Shown here: positions 37,817 to 47,557 of the stretch, one piece after another
Layout: each line of letters opens with the position of its first letter
Numbering within the stretch: the first letter of the stretch is position 1
Source of the DNA: an uncultured bacterium
GTDB taxonomy: Bacteria > Verrucomicrobiota > Verrucomicrobiia > Verrucomicrobiales > DEV007
DNA: 64,000 nt
Assembly (NCBI GenBank): GCA_963977015.1
Contig: CAXBMO010000020.1
Coordinates: 32,001 to 96,000 of the forward strand
Reading direction: 5' to 3'
The notes under the pieces: model-generated
Seen by the model: only the letters and a program-made list of their open reading frames with translations
What the model was told of the DNA's origin: nothing
The model's database searches: none
Position numbers and translations under genes: made by a program

Positions 37817-40800
37817 CAATTTTGTGGTCGATTCCTCAAGACCAACCTTCCATCTATACCTTATGAAAACCCGGGAAACTTTGGCAACGCGAAACCTCAC
37901 CTTGCACTGGTTACGTCCATTATGGCTTTTCGTTGGCCTCATCCACGCGTTCGCACCTTTCGTGATCGCACAGGAACCGCCACCCCTGATCATCCCGGAA
38001 GATGCCGGCAAGATCATCATCGAAACCCGGCCCACCGAGAAGCCACCGGTTTTTCATTCCGCCAAGGCGCAGGCCGCTGTCCAAGTTCTCCCCAACCGGA
38101 TTGAGCAGGAAATTCGACTGGAGATTCACGTGATTCAGGGCGACGCCGAAACGCTCAGCATCGGCATCAATGGGAACGACGAAATCACCGCCGTCGAAGC
38201 GGATCAGATCGACTCGTGGGCGGTCCGGCGAGAAGGAAAGTCGCGCTTTCTCGACCTCAAAGTCAAAGCCGGCGTCAAAGAACTGAGGCCGTTGGTGAGA
38301 CTGCGTTCGCCGGAGTTTGAATTGCCCGGCACCATCGCCCTCACCCATCTCACGCCCGGCAAGTCGGTCGGATTCAACTCCGTCATCACCCTCAAGTACG
38401 CGCCGGGAGTCGAGGGCAAAGTCATCGAGGTTCCCGGTTTCAATCCGCTCGACACCAAGAACCAATTTCAGACTTCTTCCGGAGGAATCCTGAAAATCCA
38501 GCTCGCCCATTCCGGCGCGTTGGCCAAACCAGTCGAACTGACCGACTCGCAATTGACGGGAAAGGTCGATCCCACCGGCAAGTTCGTTGAGTTTCAACTC
38601 CGCGGAACGGCCAACGTGACGGAGAACGATGCCAGCCTCATTCTGCTTCAGGGAAACGCCGCCGCGAGTCGAATTGGACAGGGTTTTGGTTATCGCCTCA
38701 AACTGACCGAACCCACTCCGGGGCAACCCGTCTACGAACTCGTGTTTGACGGACCGGGACGTTTTCCGGTGGAGCTGGATTTCGTCGCACCGATCACCGA
38801 ATCCAAGGAGTGGCGCGCGGTCGACTTCAGCCTTTCGGCCGGCGCAGTCGTTCCGCTGAATCTTCTCGGTTTGGGAACAGACGTCGAGTTCCGGGAAACG
38901 ACCTCCGTCGTGCCAGTCCAGGCGGGAGACTCCTGGCGGGGATTTCTGCCGGCAAACGGACACCTCTCCGCAGCGTGGAAGAGCGGCCGCAAGGCGGGAG
39001 AAGGCAAACTCTTCTTCGCAACGACTGCAACGGTTGAGTCCAGCGTCGGCGCCGGTCTCCTGCGGCAGAATCACCGGATCGACTACAAGATCCTTCAAGG
39101 CGAACTGGACTCTCTCACCTACACCCTCGACGGCCCCGGGGAAATCCTCGCGGTGGAAGGCCAGAACATCATCGGTTGGAAAGTCGAAGCGCAACGGCTC
39201 CTCCTCAGCCTCAGCCAACCCATTACTGGAAACGCCCAGATTGATATCCGAACCCAAACCGCGCTCGACGCGTTCCCGGTTCGGCTCGATCCCCTTCGCA
39301 TCACCCCGGACGGAGCGGTCCGCCACTCCGGGTTCATCCGGTTGACCAATCAGGGTTCCGTCCGGCTCGAACCCACGTCCCTCACCGGTTTGACCCAGCT
39401 CGCTCCGGACCAGTTTCCCGGTGGCGCGGTCCAGGCTCGCCAGATTTTCGTCTACCGCTTTCCCGCGGCCGACTTCGACTACGAAGTGATGGCGGATCGC
39501 ATCCAGCCCGAGATCAATCTTTCCCAGATCACCATCTATCACCTCGCGGAAACGGATCGCGTCATCACAACCGACGTGGAACTCGACATTCGCGAAGCGC
39601 CCCTTCGCGAATTCGACATCGTCATCCCGGCGGACTACTCCGTGGTTGCCGCGACCGGAGCCAGCGTCGGTGATTACGTCGTCGGCACCCAAACCACGGA
39701 TGGTCAGCGCAACCTCAAAATCATTTTCGCGCAGGACGTCTCCGGGCGTCATCTCATCAATCTGCATCTCGAGAAGAATGAAAGCGCAGCAGCTGGCGAT
39801 TGGGTGCTGCCCCGGCTGTCCTTTCCTGCGGCAAAATCGGTGCGCGGAGACATTGGCGTCGTCGGCGCTCCCGGCTTCCGGATCGGCGTCAGCCAGGTCG
39901 ATCTCCTCGCCGAGAAGCCGCTGAGCTACTTCCCGAAATCCACACCCAACCTGCAACAGGCTTTCCGGATCCGGGAACGCGATTGGCAGGCTTTCATGAA
40001 CGTTGAGATCCTGGAGAAGAGCGTCCAGGCCGATGTCTTCCACCTCTATTCACTCAACAATCGCACCGCCTACGCGAGCGTTCTCCTGAACTACTTCGTG
40101 ACGGGCGCGCCGGTTTCCGAATGGAAATTAACGGTCCCGGCCGAGTTCGGAAACGTGATGGTCGATGGTCAGGATGTCCGAACCTGGCGGCGTGAGGACG
40201 ACACCCTCTTCGTCTCGCTGCATCAGCCCGTGATCGGATCGCACACCTTGCTGGTTACCTACGAGGAACAGATGACCGGGGGGACGATTCAACCGGGCCG
40301 CGTCGCTCCGATCGACGTGCTTGGCGAACGCGGATTCATTCATGTCGTCAGCCCGGTCCAGGTCGAAACCGAAGCAACTCCGAGCGAGAACCTTCTCGAA
40401 TTGGACGCGCTGGAGCTTCCGGCCGAGTTCCGCCTCCTGACCTCCGCGCCACCGTTGGAGACCTATCAATACACCAGCCGCCCCTTCAGTCTCAGTCTGT
40501 CCGCCAAATGGTTTGAGCCTGGCGAAACGGTGACTCAAGTCGTCGAATTCTCGGAAGTCTCCAGTCGCGTCAGCGCAGATGGAGAACTGGTGACAGACAT
40601 CTCCTACTTTGTGAAATCCCGCGGTCAGCAGGCGCTCCGCGTCGTACTTCCCAACCAAATGCGGCTTTGGAAAGTGTCGGTTTCCGGGCAGTCCGTCAGT
40701 GCCCGCCAGGATGGCGACGCGACCCTGATTCCTCTTCCGGCCGGGACCGACCCCAACCTTCCGGTCGAGGTGAAACTCGGTCTCGCGAAGCCGGCCCAAC

Positions 40801-41552
40801 CCGGGAAATACCCGCTTCTCCAGCTTCCCTCGGTTTTTGCGCCCGTCCTCAAAACCGTCTGGAAAATCCATGGCGAGACTGGTCGAAAATTGGTTCCCGT
40901 GGGCGGAACGGTCGAGCCCCCCAAACCGGTCCTCATCCCGCGCGGAATCAGTTGGATCGCCCAACACGGACTGGTCAAGGGATTCGTCATCGGCGCCCTC
41001 CTCCTGCTCGGAATCACTCTTTGCCGCAAGCAATGGATCCTCCAGATCCTCGGGATGGCCATCGTCCTCATTGCGGTTGGCGCCTCCCTGATCACGGCGG
41101 AAGACGCTTACCGCGTCAATCGCTCGGCCAACGCCCTGGAGCTCAATCTCCCGATCCTCGCATCCGAAGACGTCGTGGAGCTGCAAGTTCGAAACGTCTC
41201 CCCTCTTTGGGCAAACCTGTCCATTCCGGGCATCGTTCTGGCGGCGATTGGTATTGGGCTGGCCACTTGGTCGCTGATCGCACCAAGCCATCAGCGCACG
41301 ATTCGCGCAGCCGGAATCCTGATGATCGCGTTCGGCCTTTTGCTCCAACGTGGAGGTGCTCCCTGGTTTTTCGGTTTGCTGGGACTGCTCACATTCCTTC
41401 TCGTCTTCGTGCCTCACGCCTGGAAGTTTTGCCAAACATCCTGGCAATGGTGGCAGGAGCGACGACGTCGCAAGGCCTCGAAAAAACCGCCATCGGGCTC
41501 CCCGGAACCTGACACCGACCTCACACCAACCCCACAAGGAGAACAAGCATGA
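37809..41552 (+). CDS. Large exported beta-repeat protein with C-terminal multi-TM anchor, function unknown
   Basis: 1247 aa; signal-like N-terminus (alternative start 37863); ~170-aa internal repeats; about 5 hydrophobic segments near the C-terminus. Confidence 0.85.
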   Translation: MNDNFVVDSSRPTFHLYLMKTRETLATRNLTLHWLRPLWLFVGLIHAFAPFVIAQEPPPLIIPEDAGKIIIETRPTEKPPVFHSAKAQAAVQVLPNRIEQEIRLEIHVIQGDAETLSIGINGNDEITAVEADQIDSWAVRREGKSRFLDLKVKAGVKELRPLVRLRSPEFELPGTIALTHLTPGKSVGFNSVITLKYAPGVEGKVIEVPGFNPLDTKNQFQTSSGGILKIQLAHSGALAKPVELTDSQLTGKVDPTGKFVEFQLRGTANVTENDASLILLQGNAAASRIGQGFGYRLKLTEPTPGQPVYELVFDGPGRFPVELDFVAPITESKEWRAVDFSLSAGAVVPLNLLGLGTDVEFRETTSVVPVQAGDSWRGFLPANGHLSAAWKSGRKAGEGKLFFATTATVESSVGAGLLRQNHRIDYKILQGELDSLTYTLDGPGEILAVEGQNIIGWKVEAQRLLLSLSQPITGNAQIDIRTQTALDAFPVRLDPLRITPDGAVRHSGFIRLTNQGSVRLEPTSLTGLTQLAPDQFPGGAVQARQIFVYRFPAADFDYEVMADRIQPEINLSQITIYHLAETDRVITTDVELDIREAPLREFDIVIPADYSVVAATGASVGDYVVGTQTTDGQRNLKIIFAQDVSGRHLINLHLEKNESAAAGDWVLPRLSFPAAKSVRGDIGVVGAPGFRIGVSQVDLLAEKPLSYFPKSTPNLQQAFRIRERDWQAFMNVEILEKSVQADVFHLYSLNNRTAYASVLLNYFVTGAPVSEWKLTVPAEFGNVMVDGQDVRTWRREDDTLFVSLHQPVIGSHTLLVTYEEQMTGGTIQPGRVAPIDVLGERGFIHVVSPVQVETEATPSENLLELDALELPAEFRLLTSAPPLETYQYTSRPFSLSLSAKWFEPGETVTQVVEFSEVSSRVSADGELVTDISYFVKSRGQQALRVVLPNQMRLWKVSVSGQSVSARQDGDATLIPLPAGTDPNLPVEVKLGLAKPAQPGKYPLLQLPSVFAPVLKTVWKIHGETGRKLVPVGGTVEPPKPVLIPRGISWIAQHGLVKGFVIGALLLLGITLCRKQWILQILGMAIVLIAVGASLITAEDAYRVNRSANALELNLPILASEDVVELQVRNVSPLWANLSIPGIVLAAIGIGLATWSLIAPSHQRTIRAAGILMIAFGLLLQRGGAPWFFGLLGLLTFLLVFVPHAWKFCQTSWQWWQERRRRKASKKPPSGSPEPDTDLTPTPQGEQA

Positions 41553-44500
41553 GCCTGAACCGCCTCCCTTCCTTCCCAACGTTCACGAGAATGACCACCA
41601 AGCTCTGTTTCGCCGTCGTTTTGATTTCGTCGGCTGTCCTTACCAACCTGGCCACAGCCAAAGGAGCCCCTCCCTCCATCCCCCCCGGTTTCAAGGCGGC
41701 GGACTTGATCCTGCAAACCTGGGAACTCGCGGATCATCGAATCACGGCCAGTGCCCAGCTCCAGGTGTCCGGGAAGCCGGGAGATCAATTTGTCCTGCTG
41801 CGCGCGCCGTCCGTTTTGACGAATTTTTCCGGACCAGGGCTCCGCGTTACCCAACACCAGGTCGAGGGTGCCCTTGCCTACATCGTGAGCGTGGGCGCGA
41901 ACCCGGAGAATCCCGGCGAACAAACCTACACGGCCACCTTCGAATTCCAACTCGACGTCCCTGACCCGATTGCCGGATTCACGGTCCCGACCGGACCTGC
42001 CGCCGTCCAGGAAGTTGAACTTTCCTACGAGAAACCGGATTGGCAGTTTACCTCACCCTCTGCGGTGCGAATCCGAAGTCAGCCTGACAAAACCAAAAGT
42101 GTGGCGACGATCCTGCTCGGAGCAACGAGCCGGGCCCACATCGCGATCAAGCCGCAAACCCGCGATCTCACGGCTGAGGAAGCCCAATTCTATGTGGAAG
42201 GCGCGAATCTCTATCTGCCCAGCCCCGGCGTGATCGATGGACGTCACCGCATCAACATTCGCCCCTCACAGGGTCAGGTCAGCAGCCTGGAGATTGCGGT
42301 GCCCGCCGGCATCACCGTCAGCAACGTGACCGGTTCGGTCGGGTCCTGGCAGTTTGACGCCGATTCAGGAAAATTGGATCTCGTGATTGAGCCGCCTCAA
42401 TCCAAACCGTTTTCGGTGATGGTCGAATCGCAACGCAGCCTCGCGACGTTGCCCACCGATGTTGAACTCGCTCCTCTCACCGTCGCCGATTCGGCCGGAG
42501 AAGTCGGGCTTCTCGCCCTGGCCTTCGGAGCTGACGCTCAACCTGAGAAAGCGGATTCCGAACTCTCCGCCGTCAACTTGAGCGACTTCGATGCATCCCT
42601 GGTTCCCGGCGGCCAAACGCTTCATCGCGTCTTTCGCTATGGAGAGGAAGGCGGGCTGGTTGCGCTCCGCGCCGCTCCGGTTTCCCCTGAAGTTCGCGTC
42701 ACCACCCAACAAGTGCTTTCGCTCGGGGACGAACGGATCGTGCTCAACGTCAACGTCGTCGCGGAAATCACCCGGGCAGGCTTGTTTCAACTGAGCTTTC
42801 CGCTTCCTACGGGACTCGAAATCGAATCGCTGACCGGCACGGCTCTCCATCATTGGGCCGAGCTAGCCGAGGACGACCAGAACCAGATCATTCTTCATCT
42901 CAACGGGAAAACGATCGGGCGCCAGGAATTTGCCATCACCATGACCGGCGCCGCTCCATCGGACGGCGACTGGGAGCTGCCGCGTTTCTTCGTGAACGAA
43001 GCGAATCGCCAAACCGGTAACCTGGTCGTTCGCCCAACGACGGGAATCCGTCTCCGCACCACCTCCCGGCAAAACGTGTCCGAGGTTGACCCACGAAGCC
43101 TTGGTGGCGAGGGCAAAGGCGCCCTGGCCTTCCGTCTGCTCCAGGGCGATTGGAATCTGATTCTCGGAATCGAAAAACTCGATCCCTGGGTGACGGGCCA
43201 GGTTCTTCACGAAATCACGCTTCGCGAGGGACAGACGCGCACCGCCATTCTCGGAAACTTCCAGGTGCAAAACGCCTCGATTCGCACGCTCACGGTCCGG
43301 CTCCCAATCACCGATCCCGAAGAGATCAAGAGCGTGCGGGCATGGGGAAGTTCGATCAGCGACATGATTCGAACCGCGCCGGATTCCGACCTCTGGGAGA
43401 TTCAGTTCAAACGCAGGGTGGTTGGCGACGTCCAGGTGCGGATCGAATACGAACGCCGAAGCGGACGGGAGGACAACGCCGAAAGCCTGGCGTTGGCTGA
43501 GTTTCCGGAAGCACGCCAGCTTTCCTATCATTACGCCGTTCGCGCCGGAGGACGGTTGGAAATCGAGGTCGGCCAACTGCCCAAGGGTTGGCAGCGCGCG
43601 GATTGGAACGCGGTGCCCGCATCACTTCGCGAAGCTGGCGATCGCAGCATCCCGGCCCTCGCCCTGCGCGCGGTATCGCCCGACGAGAATTTCACCATTC
43701 GGCTGCGTCGCCATTCGCTGGCCGATGCCCTCAAGCTCCGGGTCGCCAACGGCCACCTGACGACGGTGCTGTCTCCCATGGGGGATCAACTCACCGAGGT
43801 CGGGTTGAACCTTGAAGTGATCCAGCGCAGCAGCCTGACGATCACGCTCCCCAACGAAGGCGAATTGTTCAGCATCTTCGTGAATGGCGAAAGCGTGAGC
43901 ACGGTTCGGCAGGGAGATGCCTACCAGTTCTACATTCTTCCCGGCGGCGACGATCGAACCGCCAATGTGCGTTTCGTCTACTCCATCCCCGGCTCCAAAC
44001 TCCGAAAGCTGGATCTCGTCAGCCCTCTGCTCAACGTGCCGTTGGAACAGATCGAATGGCGGGTGTTGGTTCCGGCCGGATTCGAGTTGGCCGATCAACG
44101 CGGCAATATGGAACTGAAGTCGGAGCAGGCCACGCCGGTGTTTTTCGGCAAGGCGGACTGGCAGTCCAAGAGCGGCAAAATGCGGGTCACCCAGGCTCGC
44201 CAGGCCGAGGAGCTCCTTGAGCAGGCCAACCAGTATCTCCAGAAAGGCGAACAAGGGAAGGCGAAGCGCGCTTTGAGCAGTGTCGCCAACCAATACGCGT
44301 TGGACGCAGCCTCCAACGAGGACGCCCGGGTGCAACTGGAGAACCTCCAGACTCAACAAGCGGTGGTGGGGTTAAACACTCGCCGCCAGCGTCTCTATCT
44401 CGACAACCGGGCCGCCGAATCCGACTCCAATTTCAACGATCAACTGGCCCAGGGCGCGGCCGCCAACCCCATTCTCCAGCAAGGAGATACCAATTTCCGG

Positions 44501-44824
44501 CCTCAGGAAATCTCGCAGTTACTCCAGGGAAACACGACGGAAGAAAACACGGTTCTCCAGCGAATCGCGGGCCGCCTCGTCAAGCACCAGAAAGCGACCG
44601 AACCCGCACCCCAGGCGATCACGATTACGCTCCCGGAAGAGGGTCACGTTTACGAATTCAGCCGGACGGTGCAGGTGAACGAGGATGCTCTCCTCCGCTT
44701 GAAGTTGTTGTTTGAAAAAACCGACCAAACCGCCGGGTGGCGCCTGATTTTGTTGGGCGCGATGTTGGTCCTCCTGTTGGCAGCCTTCTGGACTTCTGTG
44801 AGTGGTAAGGCGCGAACCAGCTAG
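41549..44824 (+). CDS. Large exported beta-repeat protein, paralogue of the upstream gene, with C-terminal TM
   Basis: 1091 aa; ATGA overlap with the upstream gene; signal peptide; same repeat type; Gln-rich helical segment; terminal TM helix. Confidence 0.85.
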   Translation: MSLNRLPSFPTFTRMTTKLCFAVVLISSAVLTNLATAKGAPPSIPPGFKAADLILQTWELADHRITASAQLQVSGKPGDQFVLLRAPSVLTNFSGPGLRVTQHQVEGALAYIVSVGANPENPGEQTYTATFEFQLDVPDPIAGFTVPTGPAAVQEVELSYEKPDWQFTSPSAVRIRSQPDKTKSVATILLGATSRAHIAIKPQTRDLTAEEAQFYVEGANLYLPSPGVIDGRHRINIRPSQGQVSSLEIAVPAGITVSNVTGSVGSWQFDADSGKLDLVIEPPQSKPFSVMVESQRSLATLPTDVELAPLTVADSAGEVGLLALAFGADAQPEKADSELSAVNLSDFDASLVPGGQTLHRVFRYGEEGGLVALRAAPVSPEVRVTTQQVLSLGDERIVLNVNVVAEITRAGLFQLSFPLPTGLEIESLTGTALHHWAELAEDDQNQIILHLNGKTIGRQEFAITMTGAAPSDGDWELPRFFVNEANRQTGNLVVRPTTGIRLRTTSRQNVSEVDPRSLGGEGKGALAFRLLQGDWNLILGIEKLDPWVTGQVLHEITLREGQTRTAILGNFQVQNASIRTLTVRLPITDPEEIKSVRAWGSSISDMIRTAPDSDLWEIQFKRRVVGDVQVRIEYERRSGREDNAESLALAEFPEARQLSYHYAVRAGGRLEIEVGQLPKGWQRADWNAVPASLREAGDRSIPALALRAVSPDENFTIRLRRHSLADALKLRVANGHLTTVLSPMGDQLTEVGLNLEVIQRSSLTITLPNEGELFSIFVNGESVSTVRQGDAYQFYILPGGDDRTANVRFVYSIPGSKLRKLDLVSPLLNVPLEQIEWRVLVPAGFELADQRGNMELKSEQATPVFFGKADWQSKSGKMRVTQARQAEELLEQANQYLQKGEQGKAKRALSSVANQYALDAASNEDARVQLENLQTQQAVVGLNTRRQRLYLDNRAAESDSNFNDQLAQGAAANPILQQGDTNFRPQEISQLLQGNTTEENTVLQRIAGRLVKHQKATEPAPQAITITLPEEGHVYEFSRTVQVNEDALLRLKLLFEKTDQTAGWRLILLGAMLVLLLAAFWTSVSGKARTS

Positions 44825-44896
44825 CGCTTTGTCGCCCGTCCCTGCCGGCGTCGAAGAAACTGGCAAAAAGCTCATCGATTTGCCACCGTTGCAATA

Positions 44897-44924
44897 TTGG
44901 CAGGCCGAGAAAAAGAACTAGGAT
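44897..44924 (+). promoter_or_regulatory. Putative sigma70 promoter TTGGCA-N16-TAGGAT, 7 nt upstream of ATG 44932 (leaderless)
   Basis: Read from the sequence. Confidence 0.5.
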
Positions 44925-44931
44925 TGAAATA

Positions 44932-45987
44932 ATGACACAGGAAGTCGTTATCAAACGCATTAAGGCTATCGAGGCTACGAAGGCGCGACTGCAACGAATT
45001 AAAGAACGAGAAGCGTTTTATGTTCCCAATCGAAATGCTGTAAAAGACGCAGTTATAGCGATGTTGACGAGTTCAGATGAGGCCGATCGCAAGCTTGCTC
45101 TTCGCGTGGCAGGAGGCAACGACATCCCTATTCCAGCAGACACCGTGCGGGAACTCTTGGATTCTGATGAAACTTCGGGAGTAGCGTCTTCATACATAGT
45201 AGCCGCAAAAGTCACTGAGTTGATCCCGAAGCTCAATGAAATGCTTTCCAACTCGAAGAACGCTTTGGTTAGGATGAGGGCGCTTGAAGCTGTGTTGGCA
45301 ATAGGAGACGAGAGCTCGAAAACTGCCCTAGCTGAAGCATATGAACAGTTGATTAAAGGCAACCCCACCAGGCGAGCAGAGTATCAAGCCATTCAAGCAA
45401 AATGGAACGCTTCGAACCTCCCGCAGACCATTCATCCTTTGCCTGCCAAGACTGTTGGCGTCTATCTGACAGAAGGAGCGAAAGGAACTGCATTTCCGGT
45501 TTCAAATACGCTGGCTCCAATCTGCGATTGCTGCCAAAAATCCATGCTGTGCCTGTTAAACATTCCCAAAGAGGCCGATCCCATGGAGATGCCCGTTTTT
45601 CACTGCCCTCGTTGCAACTTCGATTCGCCAATTTATTTGGATCTTAGTTTCTCTCCTCCTAATTGGATCGGTGATTGCGGCGGAGAGACGGTCGATCCTG
45701 ACGATTTTGAAGATGTTGGTGGCGGTACCATTGGCTGGGGACTTGAGATTCAGGGTGCGGGAGAGTCACGAACCTTTATCGGAGGCGAACCTGATTGGGT
45801 CCAGGGTGAAGTGGGTGTTGAAAAGGAGTTTCAATGCCCTGAATGCGAGCAAAAAATGGAATTTGTCATCCAGATGGAGACCGACTATACGCTCGGCACG
45901 GGTCTGTATTTCTTCCACGGCGGCATCATGTACGTCCACCGCTGCCGCGAATGCCAGGTGGCGTGCTATTTCTTCCAGACTTCGTAA
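44932..45987 (+). CDS. HEAT-repeat protein with Cys-rich DUF1963/YwqG-like C-terminal domain
   Basis: LVRMRALEAVLAIGD HEAT-like repeat; IGGEPDWVQ...CPECEQKMEFVIQM...GGIMYVHRCREC; four CxxC pairs. Confidence 0.7.
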   Translation: MTQEVVIKRIKAIEATKARLQRIKEREAFYVPNRNAVKDAVIAMLTSSDEADRKLALRVAGGNDIPIPADTVRELLDSDETSGVASSYIVAAKVTELIPKLNEMLSNSKNALVRMRALEAVLAIGDESSKTALAEAYEQLIKGNPTRRAEYQAIQAKWNASNLPQTIHPLPAKTVGVYLTEGAKGTAFPVSNTLAPICDCCQKSMLCLLNIPKEADPMEMPVFHCPRCNFDSPIYLDLSFSPPNWIGDCGGETVDPDDFEDVGGGTIGWGLEIQGAGESRTFIGGEPDWVQGEVGVEKEFQCPECEQKMEFVIQMETDYTLGTGLYFFHGGIMYVHRCRECQVACYFFQTS

Positions 45988-46082
45988 GTCGGCAGGATGA
46001 CTTTTTGGTTTCGTTAGAAAAGTTGGGGATTATTTCGATCGTTTTTGCTTGAGTTTCGCCCGAAGCTCACCACCATCCCTGC

Positions 46083-47522
46083 ATGAGCAGGAGATTGAAT
46101 GCGACTTTGTTGGTTAGCCTGATTTGCTTCGGGTTTGGAACCGCTAACATGGCGGGAGCTGGTGACTATGATGTGGAAGGATTTCCATCCGGTGACCAAT
46201 GGACCCGGGCAGACTGTGTCAAGGCTGTGGAGATGATGGGAGGGGGAAAGGTGCCCGTTCCAAAAATGAACATGGACGGCATGACCGTTTTTCGAAACTT
46301 GACGGCGCCCCATCTTCTGCGTGGTGGTGAGATCGACGGAATCGAAGCGCTTCTCGCGGCGAGGGCGGAATACCAGAACTATGGAGATGAGTTAGCCGGT
46401 TTTACCGGATTTTGTGATGCGCAGGTGGCACAGGGGAACAACTGGAAGGAGGAGTTTGGATATTTGTTAGAGCAGTTGCTGGACGTGAATAGCAGGGTGG
46501 AACAATTGACCCAACAAGCGTTGCAGGATGAGAGTCTTGAGGAAGAAACCAAGGCGGAGTTTGAGGAATGGATGTCGGAGTTCCGGCAGTCGATTGTCGC
46601 GGCAGGGGAACGCGTTTTGGCGGATGAGGTTTTCGAGGGGAGGCTGCTGATTCAAGTGCTCGCGGCGCTCAGCGATGCCATTCGGATCACATCGAATTCT
46701 GCTGCTCCTTTGACAGAATCCGATCAAGAGACCCTGTTGGAACTTCTCGACGAATTTGAACCCGAGGGCGACCGGGTCCGGACGCAGGAGATTCTGGTGC
46801 AGCGAATGAGGATGCTGTTAGAGGAACAGGACGATCCACAGTTTCCGGACCTGACGAAACCGGGCGCCGAAACCTATCAGAATGCGGTGGGCGCGTTGGT
46901 CGATGGCGCAACACTCCCAGGACTGAGCAACGCCGAGGAACGTGAGCAATTGAGCTTTTTGACCAATCGCCAGTATTTGAAGGTCTTTGAGATGCCCAGG
47001 GGAAAACCGTTGACGTGGGAGTTCTGGAGCAAGGCGAACGATTTCAAGCAGGCGATGGCTGATCTCTATGAAGTTTACCTCTTGGCGGCGGAACGAGATG
47101 CCAGATTATTGGGTGAAGAAAAACACCAGGAATTTTTGAGAGTCGCCGCTTTCCGAACTGCGTTGACGGGCCGGTTCTATGCGTTCAACTGGGAGGCTGG
47201 AAACACGATTGCAGAACAACAACCGCTCGAACGCCAGAAGGTGATGGTCGCCGCGCTTCGGCAAGAGGTGATGGCCCTGGTCGACGTCGCAAGACAGGTC
47301 TTCGCAAGGAAGCGTTTCGGCACCGAAGGGATCGCCCCGCTCCTGCAGGAGATGCACGACGCGCTCAAGGTTTTCATGGATAGCGGAGGAGTGTTTTCGC
47401 CAGCGGACGCCTACGCGATTGGCTCATTGGCGACGGAAGAAGTGGAGCAGTTTGGCAGGGATGAACAGGTCTGGTTAAAGAAGATCGAGTCGTTGATCGA
47501 CGCCTATATGGAGGACCTTTAG
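46083..47522 (+). CDS. Hypothetical secreted alpha-helical protein
   Basis: 479-aa ORF with signal peptide; acidic and helical; no recognisable family. Confidence 0.75.
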   Translation: MSRRLNATLLVSLICFGFGTANMAGAGDYDVEGFPSGDQWTRADCVKAVEMMGGGKVPVPKMNMDGMTVFRNLTAPHLLRGGEIDGIEALLAARAEYQNYGDELAGFTGFCDAQVAQGNNWKEEFGYLLEQLLDVNSRVEQLTQQALQDESLEEETKAEFEEWMSEFRQSIVAAGERVLADEVFEGRLLIQVLAALSDAIRITSNSAAPLTESDQETLLELLDEFEPEGDRVRTQEILVQRMRMLLEEQDDPQFPDLTKPGAETYQNAVGALVDGATLPGLSNAEEREQLSFLTNRQYLKVFEMPRGKPLTWEFWSKANDFKQAMADLYEVYLLAAERDARLLGEEKHQEFLRVAAFRTALTGRFYAFNWEAGNTIAEQQPLERQKVMVAALRQEVMALVDVARQVFARKRFGTEGIAPLLQEMHDALKVFMDSGGVFSPADAYAIGSLATEEVEQFGRDEQVWLKKIESLIDAYMEDL

Positions 47523-47557
47523 TTGCGGATAGACTCTCTATGGAGGTGGAAAGTGCT

